Shown: positions 6,595 through 7,319 of the stretch, piece after piece
How positions within the stretch are numbered: the first letter of the stretch is position 1
Layout: each line of letters opens with the position of its first letter
NCBI GenBank assembly: GCA_964371585.1
Contig: CAYJMD010000006.1
Span: forward strand, 12,831 to 20,149
Reading direction: 5' to 3'
Source: an uncultured Clostridiaceae bacterium
GTDB lineage: Bacteria; Bacillota; Clostridia; TANB77; CAG-465
DNA: 7,319 nucleotides
Program-made: the position numbers and the translations under genes
Notes under the pieces: generated by a model
Database searches by the model: none
What the model was told of the DNA's origin: nothing
Seen by the model: the letters and a program-made list of their open reading frames with translations, nothing else

Positions 6595-7245
6595 TTATAG
6601 GTTTGGTTTTTCATTTGAAATTGAAACTGACAGAGGATCAATTATATTATCCAAAGTCAAAAAATGTTCAATGATTTCGTCTAATGTGTTATTTGAACCA
6701 TTCTTACCATTAAATTCACTATTCCATTTTTCGATAGTGATAATGTCTTTAATAATATATGTCCATGAGTATTTTGGATTACTATTAAAAACATAGTCTT
6801 CTTCTGGAACTAATGAATAAAAAAGACCATTAAACTCTAAAGGTCGCATTGAATCACTATATTCTGCAATATAATACTTGTCTTCACCTTCATGGTAAAG
6901 TCTATATAGCTTGCAAGTAATTTCTTTAGGTGAATTGTGTTCTAGGTAATCTTCATCACTATCACTTACATGTAGAGATTCAGAAAGAAACGGATCCACT
7001 TGAGGTTTTGGATTGCATTCTTTGCAATCATCAGAGCTCTCACCTATATGCATACAGTCATCAAGATAAAGATTTGATGTAGGTGTAGATTCTAACTCGG
7101 GCTCTAAAGAGAGACTAATAGTGTTAAACTCTAAAGTTTTGTTTGTTTGGTCCATAGTTTCAAGTTGTGTGGTTCCCCATAAGCAAATAACTGCTAATAT
7201 GGAGACTGCGCAGAGGATGATCATTGATGTAGTAAGTTTTTTCAT
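6595..7245 (-). CDS. Signal-anchored or secreted protein, 216 aa, paralog of 5579-6367 (unrecognised family)
   Basis: It has the same SD and leader. It starts MKKLTT plus a hydrophobic helix, then GTTQLETMDQTNKTLE. It carries the Cys motif CMHIGESSDDCKECNP. The C-terminal domain is YRLYHEGEDKYYIAE...SLVPEEDYVF...PKYSWTYIIKDI...WN...SNNTLDEIIEHFL. Confidence 0.85.
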   Translation of the reverse strand: MKKLTTSMIILCAVSILAVICLWGTTQLETMDQTNKTLEFNTISLSLEPELESTPTSNLYLDDCMHIGESSDDCKECNPKPQVDPFLSESLHVSDSDEDYLEHNSPKEITCKLYRLYHEGEDKYYIAEYSDSMRPLEFNGLFYSLVPEEDYVFNSNPKYSWTYIIKDIITIEKWNSEFNGKNGSNNTLDEIIEHFLTLDNIIDPLSVSISNEKPNL

Positions 7246-7319
7246 TGTAATACCTCCAAGTATTAAAAAAATTTTGTTGATACAAATCTCTAATCTTTAT
7301 CAATTGTTAAAGATTCATA
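7246..7319 (-). promoter_or_regulatory. Conserved 5' leader, copy C (truncated by the window end; its promoter is off-window)
   Basis: 7237-7315 is identical to 5387-5465. The near-palindrome is at 7292-7315. Confidence 0.7.

Noticed and set aside
7195-7245. Lipoprotein signal in the 216-aa protein (Cys at residue 12, MIILC)
   Set aside because: The residues before the Cys (I-I-L) do not fit the lipobox, which has a small residue (G/A/S) at -1. The Cys lies too close to the N-terminus, within the hydrophobic core. The paralog has no equivalent Cys.
5195-7245. Cassette proteins as bacteriocin or RiPP precursors (Ser/Cys-rich CxxC motif, small 66-aa peptide)
   Set aside because: The window has no double-glycine or other recognisable leader cleavage motif. 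It has no modification enzyme, ABC exporter or immunity gene. The N-termini look like ordinary Sec signal anchors, and the large paralogs are too long with a structured conserved domain.
5387-7319. Possibility that the repeated ~40-95 nt blocks form a CRISPR array
   Set aside because: The repeats are about 880-970 bp apart and flank real protein-coding genes. There are two different repeat classes that function as promoter/leader and terminator. No cas genes are present and there are no short uniform spacers.

Overview
Low-GC, Firmicute-like (probably clostridial) sequence in two parts. Part 1 (bases 1-3982, + strand) is a tightly packed housekeeping operon. It holds the 3' two-thirds of metG (5'-truncated by the window edge), a type I signal peptidase, holB (DNA pol III delta'), ricT/yaaT (PSP1-domain protein), and a 56-aa clostridial 2x[4Fe-4S] ferredoxin that the ORF track misses. 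A long bidirectional hairpin terminator (3988-4036) separates it from Part 2. Part 2 (4034-7319, all - strand) is accessory-looking. It holds an orphan polysaccharide pyruvyl-transferase-family gene and then a tandem array of three monocistronic cassettes encoding N-terminally anchored or secreted proteins of 66, 262 and 216 aa. Each fully visible cassette has a perfect consensus extended -10 sigma-A promoter, a ~70-nt leader that is nearly identical between copies, an MKK-plus-hydrophobic-helix start, and a conserved CAATTG-centred hairpin terminator. The protein bodies are diverged. The two larger proteins are paralogs sharing a CxHIGxSSxxCxxCNP motif and a ~90-aa C-terminal domain that I cannot assign to any family. 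The window ends inside the third leader copy, so the array may continue. This cassette array and its conserved leader are the main candidate for something undescribed. I saw no rRNA, tRNA, CRISPR, transposase or recombinase. All homology statements come from motif recognition by eye, since no searches were possible.
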